A stretch of 27,311 nucleotides of DNA from Steroidobacteraceae bacterium (lineage in GTDB: Bacteria; Pseudomonadota; Gammaproteobacteria; Steroidobacterales; Steroidobacteraceae), in assembly GCA_023253235.1 (NCBI GenBank), contig JALRHE010000184.1, positions 1 through 27,311 on the forward strand. Reading direction: 5' to 3'. This document shows, in pieces, positions 14,546-23,559 of the stretch; positions within the stretch are counted from its first letter, which is position 1, and every line of letters begins with the position of its first letter. Both the position numbers and the translations under genes were made by a program. Below the pieces are notes generated by a model. That model did no database searches, was not told where the DNA came from, and saw only the letters and a list, made by a program, of their open reading frames with translations.

Positions 14546-14860
14546 TCACTCGTCCGGTGCGATGGTGACACGCAGCCCGTCGAGCGCGTCGGTCATATCG
14601 ATCTGACACGAGAGGCGGGAGCCTTCCTTGTGATGCGCCAACTCCTCGATCAATTCACGCTCATCCGACATCGGTGCGGGAATCTTGGCCGCCCAGGACG
14701 GATCGATATAGACGTGGCAAGTCGCGCAGGAGCACATGCCACCGCAGATCGCCGAAATGCCGTACTCGAGTTCGCGCAGCGTTTCCATCAATTTGACACC
14801 GGCTCGAGCGGGAACGTCGTGCTCCACACCGTCGCGGTCGATGACCTTCAAAGTAGGCAT
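14546..14860 (-). CDS. 2Fe-2S ferredoxin, adrenodoxin/putidaredoxin type (104 aa)
   Basis: CGGMCSCATCH and SRLSCQ cysteine motifs; AGGA SD. Confidence 0.95.
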   Translation of the reverse strand: MPTLKVIDRDGVEHDVPARAGVKLMETLRELEYGISAICGGMCSCATCHVYIDPSWAAKIPAPMSDERELIEELAHHKEGSRLSCQIDMTDALDGLRVTIAPDE

Positions 14861-14903
14861 TCGCTCATCCTGTGTTCGCTTTGAAACTGAGTGCCTAGTT
14901 TGC

Positions 14904-15734
14904 CTAGGCGTGGGACGCGTTTCCAGCGGAATGCGACGCTAGTGCCATCCAAACCCCGTCCAAGATGCGGCGAGCCTCGACCCACCAACTCAAGCGTCGC
15001 ACTCGCTCTGCATGCCCAAGACAACCTAGAGCGTCGAAAACATCCTCCGGCCACCAATCCGGGCGCGGCGCGGTCGCGTTCTGCGCCACCTGCCACTCCG
15101 CCTGCAAGACCGACGACGCGGTCAACAAACCCGCCAAGTCCTCTAGAGGGTGCCCTGCGTGCGCATACTCCCAGTCGATACAGATCAAGCGCCCATCCGC
15201 TCGGCGCAGCACATTGCCCGAGTGCAGATCGCCGTGTACCAGGCACGGGCGGAACCGCGATACCACGCCCTCCTGTGGCGCACTCTTTTCTGACTGAGTC
15301 CGAAGCGCGTGCCATCGAGGTTGCCAAGTCAGCCCTGCGTTCGAGTCGATCTGACTCAGCCTATCGAGCAACTCCTCGATGCGACCGCACACATCGAGCC
15401 TTGGAACGTCCGCCGCATCGAGACTGCGTAGCTGATCGAGCAGCGTCACGAGCACCGATCTCGATGAGGACGCAACCAGCTCGTCTACGACGAGAGGCGC
15501 ACCGTCCACCCACTCGATCTCCATCCAGCGCGACGCCCAATCCAGATTAGTGATCTGTGGGGCGATACCGACTCGACTCGCCAAACGATGCGCGGCTAAC
15601 TCTGCATCGCGACTGGCACCCAACCACGACGCTCGATCTGCACTGCTCCAGTGCCGACGAACGACACGCTGATCCTGACCCTGCCGAAACTCGATACGGT
15701 TACCCGTGAGCGAGCGAGGTGTCGACGCACTCAT
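14904..15734 (-). CDS. Choline/aminoglycoside kinase-fold phosphotransferase, probable thiamine kinase (276 aa)
   Basis: Brenner motif HGDLHSGN and IDWEYA. ATGA overlap with the PnuC gene. TPP-riboswitch context suggests a ThiK-like role. Confidence 0.8.
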   Translation of the reverse strand: MSASTPRSLTGNRIEFRQGQDQRVVRRHWSSADRASWLGASRDAELAAHRLASRVGIAPQITNLDWASRWMEIEWVDGAPLVVDELVASSSRSVLVTLLDQLRSLDAADVPRLDVCGRIEELLDRLSQIDSNAGLTWQPRWHALRTQSEKSAPQEGVVSRFRPCLVHGDLHSGNVLRRADGRLICIDWEYAHAGHPLEDLAGLLTASSVLQAEWQVAQNATAPRPDWWPEDVFDALGCLGHAERVRRLSWWVEARRILDGVWMALASHSAGNASHA

Positions 15735-16315
15735 CGGCGCTGTAGCCACCAGCTGCGCAGACCAACAACGGCGATGACGAAATAAATCGAATACAGCATC
15801 GCAACGAACATCAAACCCTGCGCCGAATACATGTAGAACGACAACGCATCGACGAGTAGCCAATAAAGCCAGTTCTCGAGGATCGCTCGGGCGGTCATCC
15901 ACGTGGCGAGCAGACTGAGACCGGTGACCACCACATCGAGATGTGGCCACGCCGCTGCGGTGTGCTGCTGCAAGAGCGGCGCACCGAACCAGACCAAGGC
16001 GGCGATGACGAGCCACGCGACGAGGTGCCGCCTCCAGCCCCACATCGTCACGGCGATGACCGTCTCACCCGGTGCCACCTTCGACCAGTGCCAAAAACCG
16101 TAGACGGCCATCAACACGTAAACGGCCTGTAACACCGCCTGCAGCGGCAAGGCTGCGCCCGCGGCCAACCATACCAACACAGCAGACGAGGCGGCACCAA
16201 ACACCCAGGCCCAGCGGATGCGTTTTACAGCAAGAATGGCATAGACGACGCCGCAGACCAGTGCCACGTGCTCAGCCCAATGCGTCGCGAGTAGTTGATC
16301 GAGCCAGCTTTGCAC
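15731..16315 (-). CDS. pnuC: PnuC-family vitamin transporter, probable thiamine transporter (PnuT type; 194 aa)
   Basis: Hydrophobic; motifs WAWVFGA, YGFWHW, ATWMTAR and ENWLYWLLVD. GTG start abuts the receptor stop. Confidence 0.9.
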   Translation of the reverse strand: MQSWLDQLLATHWAEHVALVCGVVYAILAVKRIRWAWVFGAASSAVLVWLAAGAALPLQAVLQAVYVLMAVYGFWHWSKVAPGETVIAVTMWGWRRHLVAWLVIAALVWFGAPLLQQHTAAAWPHLDVVVTGLSLLATWMTARAILENWLYWLLVDALSFYMYSAQGLMFVAMLYSIYFVIAVVGLRSWWLQRR

Positions 16316-18364
16316 TTAGTGCACCGTCCAAGTCACGTTGAGTCCAACGCGACGGGGATCCGCCAGCTGCACATACAGCTTGTTCGGATAGTCCGGCGGC
16401 TCGTTACCAAAGAAAAAACCGCGTTGGGCATAGTCTTCATCTAGAGCATTGCGAGCCCACACATCGACCCGCCAACGCAAAGTCTCGTAGCCCGCGCGCA
16501 GATTGAGCAAGTTGTAGGACTGTGATCGTTCATCGTGACTGTCGCTGAAGTAGAACGCAGCGACATGCTGTAAATCGGCTCTCGCAAACCAACCGCGCTC
16601 GTGACGATATTCGGCGCTCAATGCCGCTTGTCGCGAGGGTGCATGCGCCTGCTCGCGACCCGCGAGGTCGCGATCAACCGTCGCATAATCCAGAAAGCGT
16701 GTACGCAAAACACCCACCGAAGCCGACAACTGCCAACGCGCCGACACTCGGCGACTGACGCTGGCTTCTAGGCCCGCATTCTCGCCACGCGCCGCATTGT
16801 CCGTGAGGTAAATGAACGATAGCGGATCGCCCGGATCGAGTTGGGCTGATGTGCTCACTTGTTGATCCGCACGTCGCATCAAAAACAGATTCGCTTCGAG
16901 GCGCCAAAGGCGATTCGGATCCTCCGCCTTGTAGCCGACTTCGATCGAGTTCAAGACCTCTTCCGAAAACTCCCGACGATCAGTCGGAATCACGGCGCCG
17001 ATGTTGAAACCTCCCGCCTTGTAGCCGCGCGCGAGCGATACGTATGCGCGTCGATGCGAATCGATTTGGTAGCTGAGTGATACGTTACCACCCCACATGC
17101 TCTCGCCCGGCGCCAGGTCAGTACCATCGGAATCGACATAATCCGAGTCGCGATGCTCGAAGCGTGCGCCGACCGTGAGGGTCCAGCGACTCGACAGCGC
17201 CTGATCGACAGAGCCGTAGAGCGCCGCGTGGCGAGCCCGATAATCGCTACGCAAGCTGCGATAGATCTCGCCGCCGTAAAGATCGAGCTGATCGTTGCTC
17301 TCGCGGATATCCAGACCATAGAGGCCGACAATCCATCCTCCGTCGTTCGATAACCAACGCAAGTCCTGACTGATGGTTTGACGATCTCGGAGGAATCGCG
17401 AGGTAAAGTCGTAGTTGGGATCAAAACCCCAGTCGCCGTCGAAGGAGTAGAGGATGTCTGCATCGACGAGTGCAGTGACGCTTCGAAACTCCACCGCCCC
17501 CTCACGCGCCAACTGTAGCGACATACCGTAAGAGCGCTGTCGATCACGACCAGGATCATCCGATCGAGTCCGTCGCGAGTTATCGATGGAAAACGCGTCG
17601 AAGCCGTTATCCTGATCGACCGCAAGCACAGACCAATCGGCTTGCCAGTGCGGTGCAAATCGATGCGTGCTGCGCCAGCGCAAGGTGTCCTCCGACAATC
17701 CGTTGGTATCGTCGCGAGCCAAGAATTCGTTATAGCGTGCGCCATCGGCACGATAACGCTGCGCGGCAACACGCCAGGCAGACTCCTTACCGAGTGCTCC
17801 TCCTGCGACGAGACCCAGTGACGCCACGCCCGCCTCGCCCCAACTGGCCTCCCAACGTTGCTGCTGCTCGTCTGTCGGCTTTTGACTACGTACGTGCAGC
17901 AAGCCCGCTAACGCATTGGCACCGAAGGTGGTTCCTTGAGGCCCCCGCAATACTTCGATTTGCTCGAGATCGAGCAGCGTCGCTGGCATACCGATACCCG
18001 AAAAGTCCATCCCATCGATCAAAAATCCAACCGACGGATTCGGCGCGCCTTGCCACTGATCCGTCTCGCCGATTCCACGTAGTTGAAAGTAACGGGGTCG
18101 GGAGCTGCCGGAAGCCCAGTTGAGGTTCGGCACGAGTGGCAGCACGTCTTGTAGATGTTGCAAGCCCGCCGCCTGCAACGTGCCTTGATCAAGGACCGTG
18201 ACGCTCGCGGGAACCTCCAGAGACGCCATCGGCCGCAACGTCGCGGTCACGATGACCTCTTCAAGAACCGGCTCGGACTCGGCCGCCGACACCGCTGCGA
18301 CGGGCGCGAGAACGACGAGAACAAAAAAGACCAACACAAAACGCGACAGACGAAATGGATACAC
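16316..18364 (-). CDS. TonB-dependent receptor, probable thiamine uptake (682 aa)
   Basis: Signal peptide, TonB-box-like EEVIVTAT, plug motif IEVLRGPQGTTFGANALAG, and C-terminal NLRAGY...NALD...GLNVTW. Lies directly under a TPP riboswitch. Confidence 0.93.
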   Translation of the reverse strand: MYPFRLSRFVLVFFVLVVLAPVAAVSAAESEPVLEEVIVTATLRPMASLEVPASVTVLDQGTLQAAGLQHLQDVLPLVPNLNWASGSSRPRYFQLRGIGETDQWQGAPNPSVGFLIDGMDFSGIGMPATLLDLEQIEVLRGPQGTTFGANALAGLLHVRSQKPTDEQQQRWEASWGEAGVASLGLVAGGALGKESAWRVAAQRYRADGARYNEFLARDDTNGLSEDTLRWRSTHRFAPHWQADWSVLAVDQDNGFDAFSIDNSRRTRSDDPGRDRQRSYGMSLQLAREGAVEFRSVTALVDADILYSFDGDWGFDPNYDFTSRFLRDRQTISQDLRWLSNDGGWIVGLYGLDIRESNDQLDLYGGEIYRSLRSDYRARHAALYGSVDQALSSRWTLTVGARFEHRDSDYVDSDGTDLAPGESMWGGNVSLSYQIDSHRRAYVSLARGYKAGGFNIGAVIPTDRREFSEEVLNSIEVGYKAEDPNRLWRLEANLFLMRRADQQVSTSAQLDPGDPLSFIYLTDNAARGENAGLEASVSRRVSARWQLSASVGVLRTRFLDYATVDRDLAGREQAHAPSRQAALSAEYRHERGWFARADLQHVAAFYFSDSHDERSQSYNLLNLRAGYETLRWRVDVWARNALDEDYAQRGFFFGNEPPDYPNKLYVQLADPRRVGLNVTWTVH

Positions 18365-18455
18365 CTGCTCCCTCCGCCGGTACTAACCGGATCAGGTTCA
18401 ACGGGTTCGCCGCCCCATGCGACGTCTCAGGCCCAAAGGCCACCCCAAGGTAAGC
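18365..18455 (-). promoter_or_regulatory. TPP (thi-box) riboswitch
   Basis: Minus strand reads CCTTGGGGTGGCC...CTGAGA...ACCCGTTGAACCTGATCCGGTTAGTACCGGCGGAGGGAG, containing all hallmark TPP elements. Confidence 0.96.
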
Positions 18456-18573
18456 GGTTATTTTGCTTGAAAATCAGCCAGTTGCAAGTGCTGGATGCAG
18501 TCGGCGACCGACTTGCCTACAATCGCGCCCCTTGCGTCAGCCAATGGGGCCCTCGCCCGATGGGAGGCAGATC

Positions 18574-19482
18574 ATGTCGAGAACCGTACAGGTCTTTCAG
18601 GTCGACGCGTTCACGCGGCAACTTTTCACCGGTAACCCTGCAGGTGTCGTGCTTGGCGCCGAGGTATTGAGCGACGAGGAGATGCTTGCCATCGCCCGCG
18701 AGCTCAACAACGGTGACACCGCGTTCGTACTGCCGCCCGAGAGTGACGATCACGATCTGCGCGTGCGATTTTTCACACCTCGCACCGAATCCGCCTTCGT
18801 CGGTCACGCCACCATCGCGACCCACTACGTTCTCTCGCGTGATGCCGCACCACATCCGGGACGAGCTCGTCAAAAGCAGAAAGCCGGACGGGTCGACGTC
18901 GAAATCCGCGGCTCAGGCGCAGACCGCCGTATCGCCGTTCGACAGCCCGCGCCCCCGTTAGGTCGTGAGCTGAATGAACGTGAGCGACTTGCCGTGCTCG
19001 ATGCCCTCGCACTCTCGAGTGCCGATCTCGATCCGCGCTGCGAGATGCGTATCGTCGGTGGCGCGGGCAATCGACTGCTCATCGGCGTGCGCGGCACTCA
19101 GCAATTGAAGCAGATGAAACCGGACTTTGGCCGTCTGACGACGCTCTCGGCACAGCTCGGCGCATCGGGACACTTCGTGTTCACGACCGAATCGGGGCAA
19201 GCGGACTGCCTCACGCTGTCACGCATGTTTTGTCCGGCTATCGGCATTCCCGAAGATCCGGTCAGTGGTAACGCACACGGACTGCTCGGCGCTTACCTCT
19301 TGCACCACGGACTTCTGGAGCGCAACGGCGATAAAGTCGAGTTCTCAGGCGCTCAAGGCCAATTTCAAAACCGCCCTGGTCGAGTCGACGTTGAGTTGGA
19401 GTTCGAGGATGGTCGTCTCGCGGGCGTGTGGATCGTGGGCAGTGCGGCGATGGTCTTTGAAACCACCATCACTCTGCCCTGA
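18574..19482 (+). CDS. PhzF/YddE-family isomerase (diaminopimelate epimerase-like fold; 302 aa)
   Basis: Motifs QVDAFT...GNPAGVV, FFTPRTE...GHAT, RMFCPAIGIPEDPVSGNAHG and QG...RPG. GGGAGG SD before ATG 18574. Confidence 0.92.
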   Translation: MSRTVQVFQVDAFTRQLFTGNPAGVVLGAEVLSDEEMLAIARELNNGDTAFVLPPESDDHDLRVRFFTPRTESAFVGHATIATHYVLSRDAAPHPGRARQKQKAGRVDVEIRGSGADRRIAVRQPAPPLGRELNERERLAVLDALALSSADLDPRCEMRIVGGAGNRLLIGVRGTQQLKQMKPDFGRLTTLSAQLGASGHFVFTTESGQADCLTLSRMFCPAIGIPEDPVSGNAHGLLGAYLLHHGLLERNGDKVEFSGAQGQFQNRPGRVDVELEFEDGRLAGVWIVGSAAMVFETTITLP

Positions 19483-19550
19483 CGTTCAACGAATGACGGA
19501 ATCTAGCAATCGAGCGTAGCCTCGTTTTTCACCGCTCAGGAGACCACGAC

Positions 19551-20153
19551 ATGAGAAACTCACTCTTGCTGGCAATCGGACTCTGCGTTGTATCGATGGC
19601 ACCACTGGCTGCGGCCTCGCCGTTGTGCGCAACGAGCGAACAACGATCCCTTATCCAAGCGGCGATGGCTGATCCGGCTAAACCCGCACCCTACCGAGTC
19701 GCGGCGAAACTCTCGTTGCCGGAGGCAACCGTCCAGAGCGCGTTGGCGCCGGCGAGTTACGGAGTCGATGCGAGCGTTTTCCGCAGTGTCTGGACCAGCC
19801 TCACGGCATGGGACGAAGCTGTCACTGTCGTCATGAAAGGCGGCCATATCTTTGAAACACATGGCCGTATACCCGAGGGAGAACCCTCGAAGCGCAGTCA
19901 ATTCTTCAATCTGAAATCGGAAGCCGAGGGCATGCATGGCCATTTGCGTCCTGACCAGCTGTCGGCAATCTACGTAATGGAACTCGCCATCGGCGACGAA
20001 ACGCAGCGTGGTGTGTTGTTCTACGACAAGCAGGGTGACATCGCTTTCGGCGTTTATCTGCCCGGTGAGGGACACACGCCGACAACGGCGACGCTGCAGC
20101 AGTTTGCGGCAACGCGCAGTTTGATCGAGAAGCAGCCGGCGCTCTGCCGCTAA
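19551..20153 (+). CDS. Secreted ChuX/HutX-like protein (200 aa)
   Basis: Sec-type signal peptide, then AKLSLPEA, W..L..W, FE..G, FFNL, GHL and LFYDKQG...F.VYL, matching my recollection of the ChuX/HutX pattern. AGGAG SD. Confidence 0.65.
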   Translation: MRNSLLLAIGLCVVSMAPLAAASPLCATSEQRSLIQAAMADPAKPAPYRVAAKLSLPEATVQSALAPASYGVDASVFRSVWTSLTAWDEAVTVVMKGGHIFETHGRIPEGEPSKRSQFFNLKSEAEGMHGHLRPDQLSAIYVMELAIGDETQRGVLFYDKQGDIAFGVYLPGEGHTPTTATLQQFAATRSLIEKQPALCR

Positions 20154-20168
20154 GTCGCAGCGCCTAGC

Positions 20169-21167
20169 TCAGCGCAGTATCTCGTCGACGATCGAGTCGA
20201 CACCGTAACGAACCGGGTCCGATGCGGGCAGACTGAAACGCTGCGCGAGTTCGCTCAGCAAACGGCGCGCCGCGTCATCGGCCAGCGCTGAAGTGTTGAT
20301 CGCCATGCCGACAAAACGAGCGGCGGGATTCATCATTCGCGCACAGCGCAAATGCAACTCGAAGCAGTCCTCTAGCGTCGGGACAGGCCAGTGCGGCAAA
20401 CCGCGCAGGTGTTGGCGGGTTGGCTCATGACACATGACCAACGCATCGGGCGTCGCGCCATGCAGTAATCCGAGACTGACTCCCGAGTATGACGGGTGAA
20501 AGAGCGACCCCTGCCCCTCGATCAGATCCCAGTGATCAGGCGTATTCGCTGGACAGAGCTGCTCGACGGAACCGGCGACGAAATCCGACACCACCGCGTC
20601 GACTGGAACACCGCCGCCCGCGATCATGATGCCGGTCTGTCCGGTCGCGCGAAAATCAGCCGGCACACCTCGGTCGCGCAACGCGCGCTCCAAAGCCAGC
20701 GTCGTGTACATCTTGCCAACCGAACAGTCGGTGCCGACGGCGAGTAGACGGCGCCCGCTGCGAGGCAACGCGTTGGCGATCGGGTATTGCGCGGGTTCCC
20801 GCACTTCGATGATGCGAGCGCCGGATCGCGCTGCAGCCTCGCGAATGGGGGCGATACTCCCAAGACGGGTATGCAGACCGTTACAAAGGTCGTAACCAAG
20901 TTCCAGCGCACGCACGAGCACCGAAATCCAGCTCTCGGCAATGGTGCCGCCTCGATTCGCCACCCCGATGAGCAGGGTACGCGCACCGCGACGACGCCCT
21001 TCCTCCAAGTCGATTTCATCGATAGGCAACTTGGGAACACAACCGGGCAAACGCAACTGACCGACGCACTCCTCGGGCCGCCATTGCCACACGCCGATCG
21101 CGGTCTTGGCGGCAAGATCATCGTGAGCATCACCGAGGAACAGCAAATACGGCTTGTGGATGATCAT
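20169..21167 (-). CDS. dgcN: DUF1611-family protein, DgcN-like D-glutamate N-acetyltransferase (332 aa)
   Basis: PYLLFLGDA...AAKTA N-terminus, GTDCSVGKMYT, FRATGQTGI, DAVVSDF and IEGQGSLFHPSY. GGAGG SD. ATGA overlap with the upstream gene. Confidence 0.85.
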   Translation of the reverse strand: MIIHKPYLLFLGDAHDDLAAKTAIGVWQWRPEECVGQLRLPGCVPKLPIDEIDLEEGRRRGARTLLIGVANRGGTIAESWISVLVRALELGYDLCNGLHTRLGSIAPIREAAARSGARIIEVREPAQYPIANALPRSGRRLLAVGTDCSVGKMYTTLALERALRDRGVPADFRATGQTGIMIAGGGVPVDAVVSDFVAGSVEQLCPANTPDHWDLIEGQGSLFHPSYSGVSLGLLHGATPDALVMCHEPTRQHLRGLPHWPVPTLEDCFELHLRCARMMNPAARFVGMAINTSALADDAARRLLSELAQRFSLPASDPVRYGVDSIVDEILR

Positions 21168-22066
21168 CGCAACGCCTCCGTCAACACGAGCGATACGTCG
21201 GCAATCCATTTTTGAGCCGCGTTATCGGGCGAGTAGTCTATCTGCGGCAGACCATCGATCGTAATGGCAATCGCCACGCGCCCGTGAGGGGTATAGACGA
21301 TCCCGACATCACTACGCAGCGCATCGAGTGAGCCCGACTTGCTCGCCACCCGAAACTGATCGATTTTGCGTCCAATTCCATCCTTGTATTGCTGCCGCTC
21401 GAGCATCTGCAGAACGAGTCGCGAGGAATCGCCGTCGACCACTTTCCCCTGCTCGAGCAACTCCAACAAGCGAACCATCTCTCGCGGCGTCGAGACACCG
21501 ATACCGAAACGTTGGTTCTCGGGACGACCGCCTTCGCGCGTCCACCCCTGTGCCGGCTTGAGCTGATTCCCATCCCCTCGAATCTTGCGCATCACTCGAG
21601 TCCGCTCGAAACCGAGTGACGCCAAATATTCGTTCACTGGATCGCCACCGACTCGATCGAGGATGAGATTGGTGGCCGTGTTGTCACTGACTATGATCAT
21701 CAGCATCGTCGCATCGCGCAGCGAGATCGACTCACCGTCGCTGAAATCCGCGAGTACGCCCGACCCCGAGACCTTGTCTTCGGCGCGAATGGTCAACCGA
21801 TCAGACCAAGCGTATTTACCATCGGCCACGAACTGGGCGACCGCACAAGCGATCGGTAATTTGATCGTACTGGCGGTACGTACCGGCTCGTCCGCATCGA
21901 TGGCGACGTCACGCCCTGAGTCGAGGTTGCGCGCGTAGAGCGAGACTCGCCCATCGATCTGCTTGGACATCTCACGCACACGCGCTTCAAGCTCCTCGGC
22001 AGACGCCGGGACCGAACAAACACCCAAGACCAACAGGACCGCGGTAACGATCGACCGGACCTTCAT
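21164..22066 (-). CDS. Secreted class A beta-lactamase-like serine hydrolase (probable peptidase; 300 aa)
   Basis: Signal peptide; SxxK (STIK), SDN and KSG motifs; the Glu166-equivalent position appears to be Ile. Confidence 0.88.
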   Translation of the reverse strand: MKVRSIVTAVLLVLGVCSVPASAEELEARVREMSKQIDGRVSLYARNLDSGRDVAIDADEPVRTASTIKLPIACAVAQFVADGKYAWSDRLTIRAEDKVSGSGVLADFSDGESISLRDATMLMIIVSDNTATNLILDRVGGDPVNEYLASLGFERTRVMRKIRGDGNQLKPAQGWTREGGRPENQRFGIGVSTPREMVRLLELLEQGKVVDGDSSRLVLQMLERQQYKDGIGRKIDQFRVASKSGSLDALRSDVGIVYTPHGRVAIAITIDGLPQIDYSPDNAAQKWIADVSLVLTEALR

Positions 22067-23559
22067 GTCGTGCTCCGAGGCTGCGTATCGTGAGACTTGC
22101 CGATCGGCAGCAACGCAACGCCGAGACACAAGCCTAAACCCAGCGGAAACAACCACGGGAATGCGACCAACTTACCGCTGTCAACCAAACCGAATATCGA
22201 TGCATTGTCGATCACGAGCACCCCGACGATCGATGCCACGACGCCGAGTGCCGGTTGACGGATGTAACGCTTGGGAATGAACAAAGCCATCAAGAACAAG
22301 CCCAGCATCGACCCATAGGTATAGGCCGTCATGGCGAATGCGAGTGGAATGAGTCGCTCGTCGGTTCCGCCGAGCATGATGGCAAATCCACCGAGCGCGA
22401 CACCCCAGAACGCGACGAGAAGACGTGATAGCCACACAGCATCAGCATCGGCCAGAGTCCCTCGGCGATGCCCATCATGGAACATCGTGAGACTGGTCTC
22501 GGCTAATGCCGACAAGACCGGGCTCGACATGGCAGCGGCAAAGAGTGCAGCCACCATGAAGCCGCGTAATCCACTCGGCAACTCGGAAAGAATGAACGCA
22601 GGAAAAATCCGATCGGTATTCTCAGCCACCATTCCGGCGAAAGCGGGGTCTATCGCCTCGCGACCGTAAAAACCCCACAGCGACACACCCACCAACAGAA
22701 ACAGTACGACTACTCCCTCACCAATGTTGCTGGCATAGAGCGCGCGGCGAGCCTCGGTCACAGATCGACAACACAACATGCGTTGCGTGTTCAACTGATC
22801 GGTACCGTAGGCCGCCAGATTCTGAAATGGCATTGCGAAGACGCCGGCCCAGAACGTGAAGCTCACGAGCGGATCGGTCGAAAAGTCGAAGATGCGGGTT
22901 TTTCCAGCGTCATCCGCTGCACTCATCAGCGTGCTGAACCCACCCGGATACTCTGCAGCGACATACCAAACGGCAATCAAACCACCCGCGATCAACATGA
23001 TGAACTGGACGACATCGGTCCACACGACGGCCCTTACGCCGCCGAGCCAAGTGCTGACCACGGCCACACCGACACTCAGCATCACGCACCACGTGAAATC
23101 GAGGCCCGTCAGCAGCTCCAGAACCAGCGAGACCGCAAAGATGCGCACGCCTTGCCCCAGAATGGCCCCGACGAAGAACAGCAACGCCGACAACTGACCG
23201 AAGCGCGAGCCCAGCCGATCGCGGATGTAATCGTAGGGACTGGCATACGAGCCTGCGTAAAGCTTGGGCATGATCCAGTGACCGAAGATCCACTTCGAGA
23301 TGAACCCGGCGACACAGAACTGCAGATAGCGGAAATCCCCGCCGTCGGCGAATACCAACGCAGGGACACCGATGAAGGTCACGCCACTGACAGTTGTAGA
23401 GATGATCGACGCCGACACGGCATACCAAGGCAAACTACGCGAGCCGAGGAAGTACTCGTGAACGTTGGATTGGCGACCGCTCAGGCGATGCCCAATCAAA
23501 GTGACGAGCGCGAAGTAAGCGCCCACCACCAACCAATCGAGGATGCCGAAATACGTCAT
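22063..23559 (-). CDS. Sodium:solute symporter (SSS) family transporter (498 aa)
   Basis: Motifs EYFLGSR.LPW, SGVTFIG.P, GGVRAVVWTDVVQ, GTDQ...QR.L and GLRGFMVAALFAAAMSS. Confidence 0.94.
   Translation of the reverse strand: MTYFGILDWLVVGAYFALVTLIGHRLSGRQSNVHEYFLGSRSLPWYAVSASIISTTVSGVTFIGVPALVFADGGDFRYLQFCVAGFISKWIFGHWIMPKLYAGSYASPYDYIRDRLGSRFGQLSALLFFVGAILGQGVRIFAVSLVLELLTGLDFTWCVMLSVGVAVVSTWLGGVRAVVWTDVVQFIMLIAGGLIAVWYVAAEYPGGFSTLMSAADDAGKTRIFDFSTDPLVSFTFWAGVFAMPFQNLAAYGTDQLNTQRMLCCRSVTEARRALYASNIGEGVVVLFLLVGVSLWGFYGREAIDPAFAGMVAENTDRIFPAFILSELPSGLRGFMVAALFAAAMSSPVLSALAETSLTMFHDGHRRGTLADADAVWLSRLLVAFWGVALGGFAIMLGGTDERLIPLAFAMTAYTYGSMLGLFLMALFIPKRYIRQPALGVVASIVGVLVIDNASIFGLVDSGKLVAFPWLFPLGLGLCLGVALLPIGKSHDTQPRSTT

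Noticed and set aside
14892-14907. Direct repeat TGCCTAG-TT-TGCCTAG at the kinase stop
   Set aside because: Only 7 bp in two copies with no flanking element; compatible with chance.
14891-15550. 219-aa Pro/Arg/Thr-rich plus-strand ORF
   Set aside because: Antisense to the kinase gene, with low-complexity composition typical of an off-frame GC-rich sequence.
18482-18523. Promoter and short inverted repeat (AGTCGG/CCGACT) upstream of the PhzF gene
   Set aside because: TACAAT is present, but there is no -35 at a proper spacing and the repeat is too short to support a call.
18574-19482. Phenazine biosynthesis
   Set aside because: A single PhzF-family gene with no other phz genes; such homologues are widespread.
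19483-19550. Fur box or heme-uptake locus upstream of the ChuX-like gene
   Set aside because: Only a weak resemblance to the Fur consensus, and no heme receptor, ABC transporter or HutW/HutZ nearby.
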